Below, in pieces: positions 1-12,530 of a stretch of DNA of 64,000 nt (position 1 is the first letter of the stretch; every line of letters begins with the position of its first letter). The position numbers and the translations under genes are program-made. The notes under the pieces were generated by a model that searched no databases, had not been told where the DNA came from, and worked only from the letters and a program-made list of their open reading frames with translations. This DNA comes from Vicugna vicugna (taxonomy: Eukaryota), in the NCBI GenBank assembly GCA_013265495.1, contig MU058584.1, forward strand, positions 1,338,616 through 1,402,615. Direction: 5' to 3'.

Positions 1-809
1 TCAGAATCCTATTTATTTTATTTATGTTTATAAATCATACATTACCAAGTACAATGAAATCTCCTAAAACCCCAGAAGCTTGCTCGATGTTCTTTGTGAT
101 TTGACAGAGGAAACAGGGAGAAAGTGAGTAAGAAGAGGAGGCGTGGGAGGGGCTGGGGGCTGGACGGGGTGGCTCTGGGGAAAGCCTTTCCCAAGGAATA
201 GCCCGAGTCTGTTTGGCCTGCTCTGCGAGGGAGTGTGATCCAAACAGCCTCCTCTGTTCTTCCACCACTGTCCCTCCCCTTCCTCTCAGGAGAGGGGATT
301 CATTGTCAGGTAATTAACCATCAGCGTTACAGAAAGGACTTCATTGGGCAGAGGTGTGAAAGCACATTTACACCTCATGTAAATGGGAGAGGAGATTTTA
401 CAGTTTGAGTGACACCCAAGCAGCCATAAAGTGACAAAGATAAAGTCATCCATGGTTAGGATTCCAGGATCCTAAGAGCTTACACTATGCTTCTAAAATG
501 CGCCACCCTCTCTCCCTTCACGTGGCTGTCACAGCGTGTATTGTGACCCGTGGACCACAGGGAGCTTGGGGTATAGATCAGTGGACATGGCAGCCCAGCT
601 AAGAGCCTATGCTAGTAAGTTAAGGGTTTTGTTCTGCACTTCTCAGTGTGGTTATTCAACAAACTTGAAGGCACGCTTAATCTGCGCCAGAAGGCACTGT
701 TTCTGCCCTCAGGGTACCGACACGTGAGTACACGGCTACAATACAGGGTGATTGCAGCTACAGGGGAGGTGGCCCTGGAGGCCACGGAAGCCTGGAAGGA
801 GTCACCCCA

Positions 810-985
810 GACACTCCATGGCGGAGGTAACATGAGAAAGGTCTAGAGAATGGAGAGAGGCTTGTTAGGCGGATGAGGCTGGCCGATGCAATTGCACAGA
901 CGGCTGAGGGCAGTTTGGGCTCACATGGCGGTTCAGTAGGTGGAAGAGAGTTGGTACTTGAGTTTATCTTAGTAGGACAGGTTTG
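810..985 (-). mobile_element. Degraded LINE-2 fragment
   Basis: Purine-rich stretch (…gttcagtaggtggaagagagttggtacttgagtttatctt…) resembles the antisense L2 body; highly diverged. Confidence 0.4.
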
Positions 986-1640
986 TGGCTGTACCCCTCC
1001 AGATAACTGGATGCTATTTAGTGAATGAGAAGAAACTCTTACAGGAATGAAGAAAGTTCCAATCTACGGATGCGGTGGGTAGTAAAGGAGGATGGAGAAG
1101 AGGAACAAGGACCCCTACACGCACTGGGAGGAAAGCATGGAAACCTAGACTCGAGGATGGTGGATCTAGGGTTCCTCTCAGCTGAAGGAGGAAGAGGAAA
1201 ATTAATGCTATAATTTTCATACCAGTGAAGATACTCTGGTCCATTACTGTTTTCTCCAATCAGAACCTTCTGAACAAAGGGGAATGTGCATCTGAGGCAG
1301 AGCCTTGTGGGTCTCCCTTCGTGGTGTTTAACATCAGTTTCTATTAGAAAAGCAGACCTTCAAATTGAGCTGCCTCTCCTCAGGCTCCAGAGTAAACTCA
1401 TCTATATCCTCACCGGAGAAGAAGCGATTCAAGTCTGAGGGGCGTTACTAGGACGATCCACCCCCTGTAAGTTATGGCCAGGATTCCAAAAAATCTTGGG
1501 GCCCCACAAAACAATGAGATTCCCAGGATGTATGGGGAGCATGTCTGGGGCCAATGGAGAATGATATGAGCCCTTTACTAAATGTGACTTCGTGTCACAG
1601 AATTTAGACATAAGCAAGTAAGTTTGGGGCCTACGTATTT

Positions 1641-1728
1641 TATCAATTATCGAGAGAGGAGTGTTAAAAAAGCTCTATTATAATTGCAGACTTGGCGCTT
1701 TTCCTCCTTCAGTTCAGATAGTTTTTGC
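1641..1728 (-). mobile_element. Old L1 ORF2 (endonuclease region) fragment
   Basis: tatcaattatcgagagaggagtgttaaaaaagctctattataattgcagacttgg…cttcagttcagatagtttttgc resembles antisense L1M endonuclease-coding sequence. Confidence 0.6.
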
Positions 1729-2560
1729 AAAGGGGTCACAGAATAAGCTTCTTGTGACTTGCTCATGAGAAACGTTTAGGTGGTAGGGTTGAACGATGTG
1801 AGCACACTAGTGTCTTACTTCCAGCCTTCTGCTCTTCCTTTAGATTCTGGAAAGTCCCAGGAAGTTTTTCATTTCAGATGATACTCCATCCCCAATTTTA
1901 ATTTACCTAATTACAGATCCCCTTAGTCAAGGAAAAGACGATGTTTAATTCAGGAATTCCTCACTGGCTTAACACTAACCTCTGGTTAGAGGTGAAACCA
2001 ATTCGTTTGTTTAGCATGTTAGGGATAGGTGAGGCCAACCCCTGTTATAAATCAAAGGATGAAACTGATTCCTGTTTTCCCCTTTTTCATGAGTGTTTGT
2101 AATCTTTAAGAGAAAGCACACATACATACAAGTTCATAAAAATATTAATAATATGTTGACTTTCATTAATTCTCTTTACTTAATTTTCTGTCTTCCTGGG
2201 GTTAAAATATCCTTATTACCAAGAAAACCGTTATTTCATTCCAAACACTGTTAAGGTTATCTTCCCATGCAAACTTTTGGCTATCTTCTCAGCTTGCTCA
2301 AATTTCATAAACTGGAGAGGCTTCTGGCCCGAAGGGGTGCCAGTTTCTTGTTTATATATTGATGGGCTATGTTGAATCCTATATAAAGTCACTAATCAAT
2401 GACCTTAAAACTCAAAGAAGGACGTGGTCACATTGTTTGCAGTTCTTGCATTCATGTCAAAAAGGACCTATTTCTGGAGTCATTGTGCAGATTCACTTAT
2501 GTGTTCATTCATGGAAATAAAACACTCCGAATTCTCACTCTGGGTATGGCATATGCTAGC

Positions 2561-2746
2561 CCGGGGTTCTCAGAATGTGGTTCCTGGCCCTGCAGCATTA
2601 AAATCACTTGGGAACTTGTTAGAACAGACATTCTTGGGCCTCACACCAGACCCACTGAATCAGAAACTCTGGGGGTGGTCCCAGCAATCTGTGTTTTAAC
2701 AAGTCCTCCAGGTGACTCTGACACAGCTCCAGTTTGAGGACCGCTG
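2561..2746. mobile_element. MER5A (hAT-Charlie non-autonomous DNA transposon), near full length
   Basis: Degenerate terminal inverted repeats ccggggttctcagaa … tttgaggaccgctg. Internal motifs atcacttgggaacttgttaga, actgaatcagaaactctggggg and tttaacaagtcctccaggtgactctga. Confidence 0.9.
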
Positions 2747-3640
2747 TGTTAGACAATGGAGTCAAGACAATGATGAATAAGTTGCAATCTACAGTTCTTG
2801 TGTCCAAAGAGCTCAGAATTTATAACTTGAAGTGAGAAATCTCATGGTCCTCAAGATTAAGTATCTTAACCTGTGCATGGTTTCCCCACTAGTGAGCAGT
2901 CGAGTTGAGACAGTCTTCAGAAGGTCAGTCCAGGGGACTTTCTATACCATCTTATTGATTAGCCATCTCTTGCCCTCTTCCTCCTCCTAGTTCCTAACTT
3001 AAAAATTGTTTGTACTTGGGTAGATGCAGAATTGGCTTCAAAGGAATGTCTCTGGGCAACGGGTTGACAGCAAAGGCACACTGTGGTTATGGGGGCTTAC
3101 GAAGAAATCTTTCCCCTCCTCCAGCAAGGACCTTGGACTGTTAGCAAGCCAGGAAGTTGGTCAGTAAGTGCTGATCACCACTACGTGCAGGGCGCAGAAA
3201 GCATATTGCCCTTTGGGTGGCCTCGGACGGGGTGCATGAGAACAGGAGGAAACAGTCCACACCCTTAAAAAATTCACACACACACACACATTTTGAAAAT
3301 ATGGGTGAACGAGTCTGATGCCTGACAATAGCAAAGGCAAGATAATCTATACAGATAAATCGAGCATTGCTGGGGGAGTTCAAATCTTAGTGCCAGAGCT
3401 AGGAGGGCGGGGGTTCATCGCCCCCACTACCTCACTGGGCAATTTCTGCCTCATTTCGTTAGACAGAGGAGATTGTTACCAGAAAGGCAGAAAGGAAGCG
3501 CCATCTGGGACTGTGTGCACTTCCAGACAGATGGCTGAGTCTTCCAGTCCTGTTTTATTTCTGGCTGTGGATCACACACCCCACAGCTATACTGTAAAAA
3601 TGGGATGTGACGGGACACGGGATGTTTTAAGAGTGTGTTT

Positions 3641-3672
3641 CTCTCTCTCTCTCTCTCTCTTTTTTTTTTTTT
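3641..3672 (+). repeat. (CT)n followed by poly-T
   Basis: Directly visible. Confidence 0.9.
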
Positions 3673-4339
3673 CCTGGAAACTTGTGGTAAAAATAAAACA
3701 TAATGACAGTCTTCCTGTTTTAATTATTGTTGTTCGCATTAAGCCCTTGGTTGGCCAAGTAAAGGACAAATGGTCCCCCAGAACTGGAGATGATATTCAG
3801 GGATGTGGCAGAGAGCCAGGCTAACCTTGAGAAGGCTGCTCTGTGGAGACCCTTTGTTAGAGTATGTGCATGCATGTTGTCAACCTTGGGATGGTTGAGA
3901 ACTGTGACATGTTCTAAAAGTGAAAAGTGGTCCAGCCAGACTGGAATGCTCCACACTCTTCTGCTTTCTTCCTATCTGCTTCCCATACCCAGGCTGCCCC
4001 CACCAGCCCCTAACCCCCTTCCTGCCAGACAGGGAAAACCGACTTAAGCAGAGTAGTTTCAGTCTGTCTGCTTTTGGTCTACTCAAGGGCTCCGGTTATA
4101 AAGTCTGGGATGTGAAGGGTTGGCTGGGAGGTTCATACCAACGAGGAGTCCCCACTGCCAAGAGTTGCAAGGGTTGGAGCAATTACTCAACCTACTTCCA
4201 GAGTATAAGGTATCAACTTATTCAATAAATATTTTTGAGCGACTGTTGATAAAGTATTATATTGTAGGGATGTAAAGAAGTAAACGGATGATTCCTAAAG
4301 CCAATAAAATGTACCAGAAGGAGCCCTGAGCCCAAATTC

Positions 4340-4410
4340 TGACTTATTGGCTTTGGGATTTGGGACACGTGACTAAACTCACCTGGTCCTCAATTCTTCA
4401 TCTACGAAAG
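4340..4410 (+). mobile_element. MIR fragment
   Basis: ttgggacacgtgactaaactcacctggtcctcaattcttcatctacgaaa resembles the MIR core. Confidence 0.55.
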
Positions 4411-4477
4411 TGTTCAGAATTGCTGTTGCCTTTCTTCTACTTCCTTCCCAAGCTTTGTCTCCATCTCTTACCCTTCG

Positions 4478-4692
4478 CTGATTCTCAAACTTGGGAGGAA
4501 CATACCAACCACCTGAGAAGTACATTAAAATACACATTCTTTTTTTTTTTTAATTTGATTTAATTTTTTAAAACATTTTTTATTGATTTATAATCCTTTT
4601 AAAATGCACATTCTTAGGCAGTACATCTGGGTAGGATCTGGGAAGCTGTATTTTGAGTAGGTCCCAGTGTAATTCTGAAACTTTGAGAAGAG
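4478..4692. mobile_element. MER5-family element interrupted by a short L1 stub
   Basis: gattctcaaactt … accacctgagaag … ctgtattttgagtaggtcccagtgtaattctga … tttgagaa. Confidence 0.55.
4542..4598 (-). mobile_element. Extremely 5'-truncated young L1 3' end (57 bp)
   Basis: Poly-T then aacattttttattgatttataatc. Flanked by a 17-bp TSD TTAAAATACACATTCTT (4525-4541) / TTAAAATGCACATTCTT (4599-4615), one mismatch. Confidence 0.8.
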
Positions 4693-4882
4693 ATTCCATA
4701 CTTTGATAAACTCTGCTTTTACACTTTTCCAGATTTCTGTAGCCAGGTTTAGTCAGTGTTTTTAACTCTTCCTCTGAGCTCCCATAACATTTTATTTAAG
4801 CCGCTAAATACTACTTCTTATGAACAGACTGGCATTCTGATAGGATCAGAGGAATGAGTTAAGTCTTCAGAACCATCTAATA

Positions 4883-5050
4883 ACTCATTTATTCAACAAC
4901 TATTTGTTAAAAAACTTACTATGCACAGTCAATGAACAAAACAGAATCACTGTGGCATTTACATTCCAGCAGACTGAGGCAGAAAATTTGAGAAGCCCAC
5001 TAAGATACTAAGTAAACAATACAGTACGTCAGAGAGTGAAAAGAAACACG
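4883..5050 (-). mobile_element. L2 3' end
   Basis: ctcatttattcaacaactatttg…aatgaacaaaacaga…ggcatttacattccagc, typical antisense L2 tail. Confidence 0.7.
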
Positions 5051-5169
5051 GGGAAAATGAACAAGTAAAAACAAAACGCAGAGCAGGGTAAGAGGGTCGG
5101 GAATGCTGAGGCTGGGGGCAGGTGGCAGTCTTAGTATGGGTTCAATATTCATTGTACCCCTTAAAAGTG

Positions 5170-5275
5170 TTATTTGGCCTTGAGCAAGTCTCTTAACCAC
5201 CCCAGTGATCACTTCCTCATCCGTAAATTGGGAATAAGAAACCCCAACTTGCAGGGTTGTGAGGTTTAAAGAGAA
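5170..5275 (+). mobile_element. MIR
   Basis: ggccttgagcaagtctcttaacc…ttcctcatccgtaaattgggaataa…cagggttgtgagg. Confidence 0.8.
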
Positions 5276-5964
5276 TGGTTAGGGTTAGATCTAAAAGAGA
5301 AATTCTCACGATGCTGTTAGGTTACTATGGAGGTTTCCAGGGACGCCAATGGGTCTAAACCCTTTCCCTCCATTTCCTAACAGAATGATACTTGAATCTG
5401 AGGGCCCAGATGACAAGGGCCAGCTACCCTCTTGGCTATTCCACTCCAGATGGGCGCACAGAGGAGGGCTGACCAGCCACCCTCCCTTCTGAAATCTTCT
5501 GGAGTCTAAAGATGTCACTAATTCTAGGAGGCAGTGTGCTTACAGCATTTCCCTTTTGAGGGGGGAAAAAAAAAGCTTCTGTGTTACACAAACATATTAA
5601 CTAAAAATACATCTTGATTTCAGAAATGCTAGAATGTAGGAAAAACGTACAGCTCAGGATGGAGAGACTTGAGTGACAGGAGCCACGTAGCCGGAGTGCT
5701 TGGGCCACTGTCATGCTGGGGGCAGTGGCAGTGGCAGTGGTCCTCAGCTCTCCTGTTCTGCCCAGCCCTTCTCCTCCTTCCCTCTTGCTCTTCGCTCTCT
5801 TCCTCTCTGGCCACTGCTGGGCACTTGCGTTCTCAGCCACCCCCTTGTTGAAGTAGGACCTGGAATCTCTTCTCAAAGGAAAGGAGGTGTGGGACACAAG
5901 AGGGGCTGGCTGGCCCAGTGCTTGGATATTGTTAAAATGACTATGGAATCGTAATAACAATGGT

Positions 5965-6150
5965 ACACAATTACTGACTTCTTAGGAGCCAGTCCTTGTT
6001 CCCAGGACTGTGGGCACGGGAGGTGGGCATGGCCATTTTAACTACTTTACTGATGGGGAAACTGAGGTATGGAAAGATTAACTAACTTCCATAAATGCAA
6101 AAAAGGAGTAGAGCTGAGAACTCCCGTGTCCAGCTGACTCAGAAGTCCAG
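5965..6150 (-). mobile_element. MIR
   Basis: tttactgatggggaaactgaggtatggaaagattaactaactt, antisense MIR core. Confidence 0.65.
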
Positions 6151-7961
6151 AACTTATCCGTTAAGTTGTGCTCTTGCTCTCAGCTCGATTTCAAGAGTAG
6201 TTTGAGTAAAATTAGGAGCGTGATGCGGAACAGGCTTGATGGGGGCATGGCCGCGCTACCTCTGCAGGAAATGACCTCGGTGATGTCACAGGAAGGTGGG
6301 CGGGGCACGTTGTACAGGTTAGAGGTGGATGGCGATTGGGATATCCTCCTTCAAGGCCACTGAGCTGGCATTTGCTCCCCAGGTGTTGCCCTAGAGATGT
6401 GGTCAGTGACCCTAATTGACAAAGCCAGACCTGGCACCAAGGACCACGTGACTTCTGTGTCTTTTGATGTGGGTTCACCTACTGATAAGGCAAGCTGGAG
6501 GGAATCAGCAAACTCAGTTGAGAAAAGATCAAGGCCTGCATTAAGAGGGAAAGAAATGTCAGTCGCTCTGATAGGGAGATAGATTTTTGTGTTTCATTGC
6601 ACAAGCACGCACATATCCACTCAAAGCCTGCCACGTTTCAAAGCCGCCTTCGATGCCCTGGTGCTCGCTTGGAGGGAGAGAGATCTGAAGCCTCTCAAAG
6701 GCGGCAGGTACAGAGCAATTCACACAGGACACAGCCAACAGCCCTCTCCACCTCCTTTTTCCACCTCCTGCCCTCCCTCCCACCAGCCTGTGTTTACTGC
6801 TGGTACTGAGGAGGTACGTGTGAATGTGCATGTGTGCACATTTAAATCCAAACTTAAAAGGAAGGGAAAAGGGGGGGAAATAAAAGTGACAGCTTTGGAC
6901 CAAAGCAGCAAGTATTCGAAATGAATGGAGGAATCACCATGAAAGAGCCGGGGCCCTTTAAGAAAAACAAACCTCCCTGAGGAAGACAGCTCTGAGGATG
7001 CTGTTGAGGTTGGCAGTTTAAAAGGCCCTTCATTTCAGAGCCAGCAAGAGGCAGAGCAAGGATTTGATGTACAACGCCAGCTTTTTTCTTTTTCCCACCT
7101 TTCCCTTCTTCTCTCTGAATCCCATCTTGGCTGAGCCATGGCAAAACTAAATTAGAAAAACCTGCAGAGCATTGAGAGTCCAAATGAAGCACACAGCCAA
7201 TTTATCACAACAGAGCCCAGTTATCTAATAAGCCCCGTATGTAATAAATGTGCTAAGTGCCCACCTTTAACTTCGGCACACACGGCAGCGGTCACTGGCG
7301 GGCGATGGCGGAGTCCCTGACAGGGGGATGATGTCAGGCTCGGCCGGAGGCGCTCAGCATCTGGCTTACATCACTGGCTCTCTAGGGTGCCGAGCCAAAG
7401 GGAGATAACGTCGGGGTCTCCAAAGGCAAGGCAAGCCACATTTAGAACCAGAGCAGATACCTGCTTACGGAGATTTCATAGGCGGAGCCATTGCTATGAC
7501 AGCAGAGCTGGGGGACACTGGGATGAGAACGGGTTTCTCTCTTGCCTTTCTGTTTTGGAAAATAAGTGTCTTTTGGAAGAACTGACTTCATGCACATACG
7601 ATGTTTCCTAACCAAACGTAGAGACAGTTTTTACAGATCGTAGGTCTAGTAATAGACTATTTTTGGGCTTGGCCAGTTAGTAAAGAGAAAAGATAGGGTT
7701 TAATAATGCCAAAGGGATGAAGAGGTCAGGCATGGTGTTCTTAGTTTAGCCCTAGGTCACCTTGGGACCACAGGTTACAGGCTGGAAATGACAAAGGCTT
7801 GGGAGTCAATGAGAATCAGGTTATAGGTCAACCTTTTGGTCTCTAAGGATAGCTGGGTCTGTAAAGGTGTCTCTGGGTTCCTCTTGATAATTGGATGATC
7901 TTGGTAGAGCCCAGATCTTTAGATGGAACTGTTTGAAACATAAAGAGTTGTTTCTCTAGAA

Positions 7962-8158
7962 CCATGGTTCTCAATTACAACTATATAGTAAAATCACCTG
8001 GACAGCTTTAAAAAATATTAATATCTGTGTCCAATCCTAAAAGACATTGATTTTTTAAAAAAGATATTGGTCTAATTGGTTTGGGAGAAGGCTCAGGGTC
8101 AGGGTATTTAAAAGCTTCAGAGATGATTCCAATATGCAGCTGAGCTTGAAAACCACTG
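7962..8158. mobile_element. MER5A1/MER5B-like DNA transposon
   Basis: Inverted-repeat ends ccatggttctcaa … ttgaaaaccactg. Internal aatcacctgg…cttta and aaagcttcagagatgattccaatatgcagc. Confidence 0.8.
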
Positions 8159-8249
8159 TGGCATAGTCCCTGAAAGTCAGGTCAGAGTCCATAAGACCAG
8201 GAAGTACTGGAAATCCCAAAGGTTTTGAAATTAACCCAGGGAGGCAGGA

Positions 8250-8326
8250 ATTAGGCTAAAAAGTTTGCCATTTTTGTAGGTCAAAAATGATGGAAAGTTG
8301 GCAATTTCATATGGTTCAAACCAGTA
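8250..8326. mobile_element. MADE2-like mariner-derived MITE
   Basis: ttgccatttttgtaggtcaaaaatg…ttggcaatttcatatggttcaaac matches my recollection of MADE2; the left inverted repeat is degraded. Confidence 0.75.
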
Positions 8327-10702
8327 GATTAAGGTTGTTGAGGACTGATTCCCCGTCCTCGGTCTTCTAGGATCCCCTAGAGTTGGCGTTTGGTTCCCAG
8401 GCCTGACAATTACTCTTCTATATATTTTTTTTATCTAATGTATGATTTATAATTTGCCTATATGCTGAGTGAATTTGAGATAAACTCACATACACATATA
8501 CATGTATATATAGGGTAGCTAAAATAAATATTAGCAAATGGTCAGAAAACAGGTAGAAAAAGGCAATTATCATTAAAATTAGTAGTTAGGGATAAGATAT
8601 TAATGTAACTGGGCACTCAGTATCATTCTGAGCTACTGGAAACCCAAGGCAAAAGTGGAATTTATTCTCACTGTCTTTAAAGACAATGCATATTCATTTT
8701 GGGGACAGCATCAAATTCCGGATAGACTCTATTGTGTAGATTCTAATAACAAGAGCCTTGAGTGCAAAGTAGATAAATGTTGTTTTTGTTGAAGATGCAG
8801 TGATCATTTCAAGGCTGTTAGATGGAGTCACGGTTCAGTGAAATCATTTTTATGCCAAATAGCCTCCCAAAATTCAGTAGGAGCCTGCACTCCAGTGAAA
8901 AACAGTGGAAGGTATAGTGCCCTGAGAAATGGGTGCACCTTAAACCGCTGAATCTCAGATCAGCATGCTCTCTCCTTCCTGCCTGTATAAAACTGAATTG
9001 CTGCTAGTATTTCAAGCATGAGTAGTTCTTGTGTCTCCAGCGATTTTTTTCCCCTCAGGGTGAGGATGGGTTTGTGATCAGTTTTTTCCTTTCTTTCTTT
9101 AGTATCAAGTGTGTGTCCTTGTGAAACCAATTGGCAGAGTTTGGGCTGAGTCTGGGTCCTGGAAAGCCTCCCCCCGACCCAATTTGATTTGAATCCATTG
9201 AAGATCATTTATTCACTCATCAAACTTCTTTCAAGGACAGATTACATGCCCATCACTGGGCTAATCACTGAAATCTCAGCCCTTGCCAGATGGAACTCAG
9301 TGTGGTCAATGCAGACAGCTGACATGCCGACAGATACCTGGCAGTACGCTGTGCTAAGAGTAATGGGCGCGTGGAGAAGACAGCCCGGCCAGAAGGAGAA
9401 GTAGCCATCAGCTTTCCTAGACTCCACAGGACCAGGGCAAGGTTTGCAAAGATGCATGGGATTTTCAGATAGCCAATGGGGAAAGGTGTAGTGGGTGGAG
9501 GTGCTGAGTGAGCAGATGCCTGCTGGGTTTGTGGGGTATTAGGCAGCTCACTGCTTTAAGTGCCAGGGTGGGTGGCAAAGAGAAGAGGACCTAGACAGCC
9601 CAGGGCCAGGACAATACAGAAAACATTGTGTTCTAGGACAGTCTTGCATATATATTCATTCCACAAATATTTGAGCGCCAAGGATGTGCCAAGCCTGGGG
9701 GAGGGAACAATTATAGCCCAATATCTATTTTTATAAGTTTGAACATTTGCAATGCTGTTGTCATTTCGTTCCACCCTGAGCTCAGTTTAATGCAATTCCA
9801 TTCTTCTGGATGTTGCCAGCAGAGCCAACATGGACAAGGCAGCTCTCTGCTAGCAGAAATCCTCTCCCTTCCCCAGTTCCTATCAAGATTGGAGAGGCAG
9901 CATTGATCATTTTTCAATTAAGTCCTCCTTCTGATACTTTTGGTTGGTTGGTTGGCTTTTGGAGCACCCCCGGGACATGGGCTAATTTGGACAGTATGTT
10001 TGGGTCAGTGAAATCCTTACAAATCTGTGTATTGTTGAAACTGCTAAGACCATTGTTTGTCACTCAGATTCAGGCAAGGTGATAAGGAAAAGCAAAGAGG
10101 GAAGGAGATGGATGGGCCTGCCATGCAGCCACAGGGGAAAAATTGAAAATAGACCTGAAGCAAGCCTTGGAGAGGCAGCTGACCAGTAACTGCTGGTCCT
10201 GCCCCAGCTGGCTGTTCCAGTCCTCCCACAGTGGTTGAGTTCCAGTATCACCCCACTGGGGCTCTGCCTGAAATCCAACGTGAGGCTGGCGTAATGCAAA
10301 TATTCCGTGCATCCCATAGGATCTGGTTCTTATAGTCTGTTGCAGTGATTCTCTCTCCACAGCGCTCTGAGTAGATGGCACTGTAATCATGGTCGTAAGT
10401 ATTATTAATGACAGCAGCTATGACAATGAGCTGAGGCCGGGTCTCTGGCTTTGATGTCAGCGAGAGAAGAGGGAGGCTTTCATTTGTTTCAAATGGAAAC
10501 AGATGCATATGGGCAGAGCTAGCAATAAGCAGACCAGTAAGGACAGTGGTTTTCATTTTTGGGGTCCCTTCATTCCCCCACAAGTTTGTCTGTTAGGCAA
10601 ACTTTCCCTCAGTAATTCTCCCCATGTGACGAGCAGGGAGGCTGTTCGCCTCCAGCATCTGTTTATCTCTTCTCACCACCCAGGTTCCTCCTGCTTTTTC
10701 TT

Positions 10703-11014
10703 TTCTCTTTTTCTTTCTTTCTTGTTTAAATTGAAGTATAATCAATTTACAACATTGTGTTAATTTCTGATGTACAGCATAGTGATTCAGTTCATATTCC
10801 TTTTCATATTATTTTTCATTATAGGCCATTACAAGGTATTGAATACAGTTCCCTGTGCTGTACAGTAGGACTTTGTTGTTTACTTTCTTATATATAGTAG
10901 TTAGCATCTGCAAATCTCAAACTCCCAATTTATCCCTCCCCACCCTTTCTTCCCCTAGTAATCATGAGTTTGTTTTCTATGTCTGTGAGTCTGTTTCTGT
11001 TTTGTAAATAAGTC

Positions 11015-11047
<33 letters not shown>

Positions 11048-11318
11048 GATTCCATATGTAATTGATATCATTAGGCATTTTCTTTCTCTTTCTGTCTTAC
11101 TTAAAACTATGTTCTCCAGGTCCAGCTCTGTTGCTGCAGATGGCATTATTTTATTCTTTTTCATGGCTAAGTAGTATTCCATTGTATAAATACACTATGA
11201 CTTCTTTATCCAGTCTTCTGCTGAAGAACATTTAGGTGGCTTCCATGTCTTGGCTGTTGTAAATAGTGCTGCTATGGACATTGGGGTGCACGAGTCTTTT
11301 CGAATTAGAGTTTCTCTC
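10703..11318 (-). mobile_element. L1 3' end (ORF2 C-terminus plus 3' UTR), artiodactyl type
   Basis: T-rich tail, ttgaagtataatcaatttacaac…, gttccctgtgctgtacagtagga and gttgctgcagatggcattattttattc. Possible TSD gctttttctt (10693) / gcttcttctt (11319). Confidence 0.9.
11017..11045 (+). repeat. (TG)n microsatellite inside the L1
   Basis: Directly visible. Confidence 0.95.
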
Positions 11319-12349
11319 GCTTCTTCTTGAGAACAATTTTGTCAATGAGAGAACCCTAAAGGAAGATGTCCCCTTAGCTTGAAAATCTGCTCTCTTAGAT
11401 AGTGTCCCTGTCTTTGCCTAAGCTGGGGGTGATTTTAGGAGTGGAGAAAACCTGCTTACTCACCAGTATCTCCACCTTGTGCCTGAAACTTCCAGCAAGG
11501 GAGTCACCAGTCAATTTAGCTCAATCCAATTCAATTTATAATTACACTGAGTGTCTGTTACCAGCATGTATAAAACACTGTTAGATGGACAACTGTATGT
11601 CCAGCCAGGATTGTACTCATTTTAAATACTCTGTGTTGTTTACGTTTTGCCCTGCTTGGGTCTTGAAAAATATAGCGTCCGTGAAGGATTCAAGATACAT
11701 TAGACATTAGCCATGGCTTTTGAGATGTCTGTCAAGGTGGAGGAGTTGTGATGGAGGTGGCCCGTGCTCTCTTCGGGACAGGAGTATAAATAAAGTTGCC
11801 ACCACCCATCCTGGGTCCATTTGGCTCCTCTTCATCACGTCTCATCCTCTGCCTCCCCCTGGTCTAGTCTGGGCTTAGTCTCAGCCAGCTCCTCTGTCCA
11901 CCTCCACCAGCCTCTCTTCCCTGCCCTACAGCTGCTTCGTTCCATTCCTTGGCACCTGGGTCTCGCCTCCTTCTCAGTCTTCCCCCGGTTCCAGTCAGCC
12001 CTTGGACGGTCTCCATCATTCCTTCCTCTCTACACTTGTACTCGTTTGGCTTCTTAGTTTCCAGCATCTGTTCTTAGGTTGGAATGTGGGTAGACGGATT
12101 GGAGCATCGTGACGTACGGCAGGCACCAACCCTGTCTCCGCATCTCCGCCTTCATCTCCTCCTCCTTCCTGACTCCCTTTGGGAAGGTCAGATCTTTCCT
12201 AAAAGGAGAGGCTCGTGTTCTTCCATTTGTAGGCTATTCCTGATGCAGTCCTTACTACAATGGCTGTTTTTGTTTTCTTAGGTCTGATTTCTGAGTCACT
12301 CAACTAAACTACATCTTCACGGCCTCTCTAGGGGTCCCTCTTTCTGGGC

Positions 12350-12530
12350 TCTGGAGCAGGGGTTCCTGGGTCGAATCCTGTGTGACTGTGGGTAAAGTCT
12401 ATTTTTTTTCTATGTGCCTTCATTTCTTCTTTAAAACAGAGAGAATACAGTACCCCCGGCATAGTGTGCTTGTGAGGATTCAATGAGCTAATACATGTAA
12501 AGCAATTTAGCGATGCTGGACATAAACAAA
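12350..12530 (+). mobile_element. MIR
   Basis: cctgggtcgaatcctgtgtgactgtgggtaaagt…tgtgaggattcaatgagctaatacatgtaaagca. Confidence 0.85.

Noticed and set aside
3318..3824. Longest ORF in the track (168 aa)
   Set aside because: Runs through a (CT)n/poly-T microsatellite, with no recognisable domain or exon structure.
8420..8900. Possible ancient L4/RTE-X fragment
   Set aside because: Only a faint resemblance (tctgagctactggaaacccaaggcaaaa); I cannot support it without a profile search.
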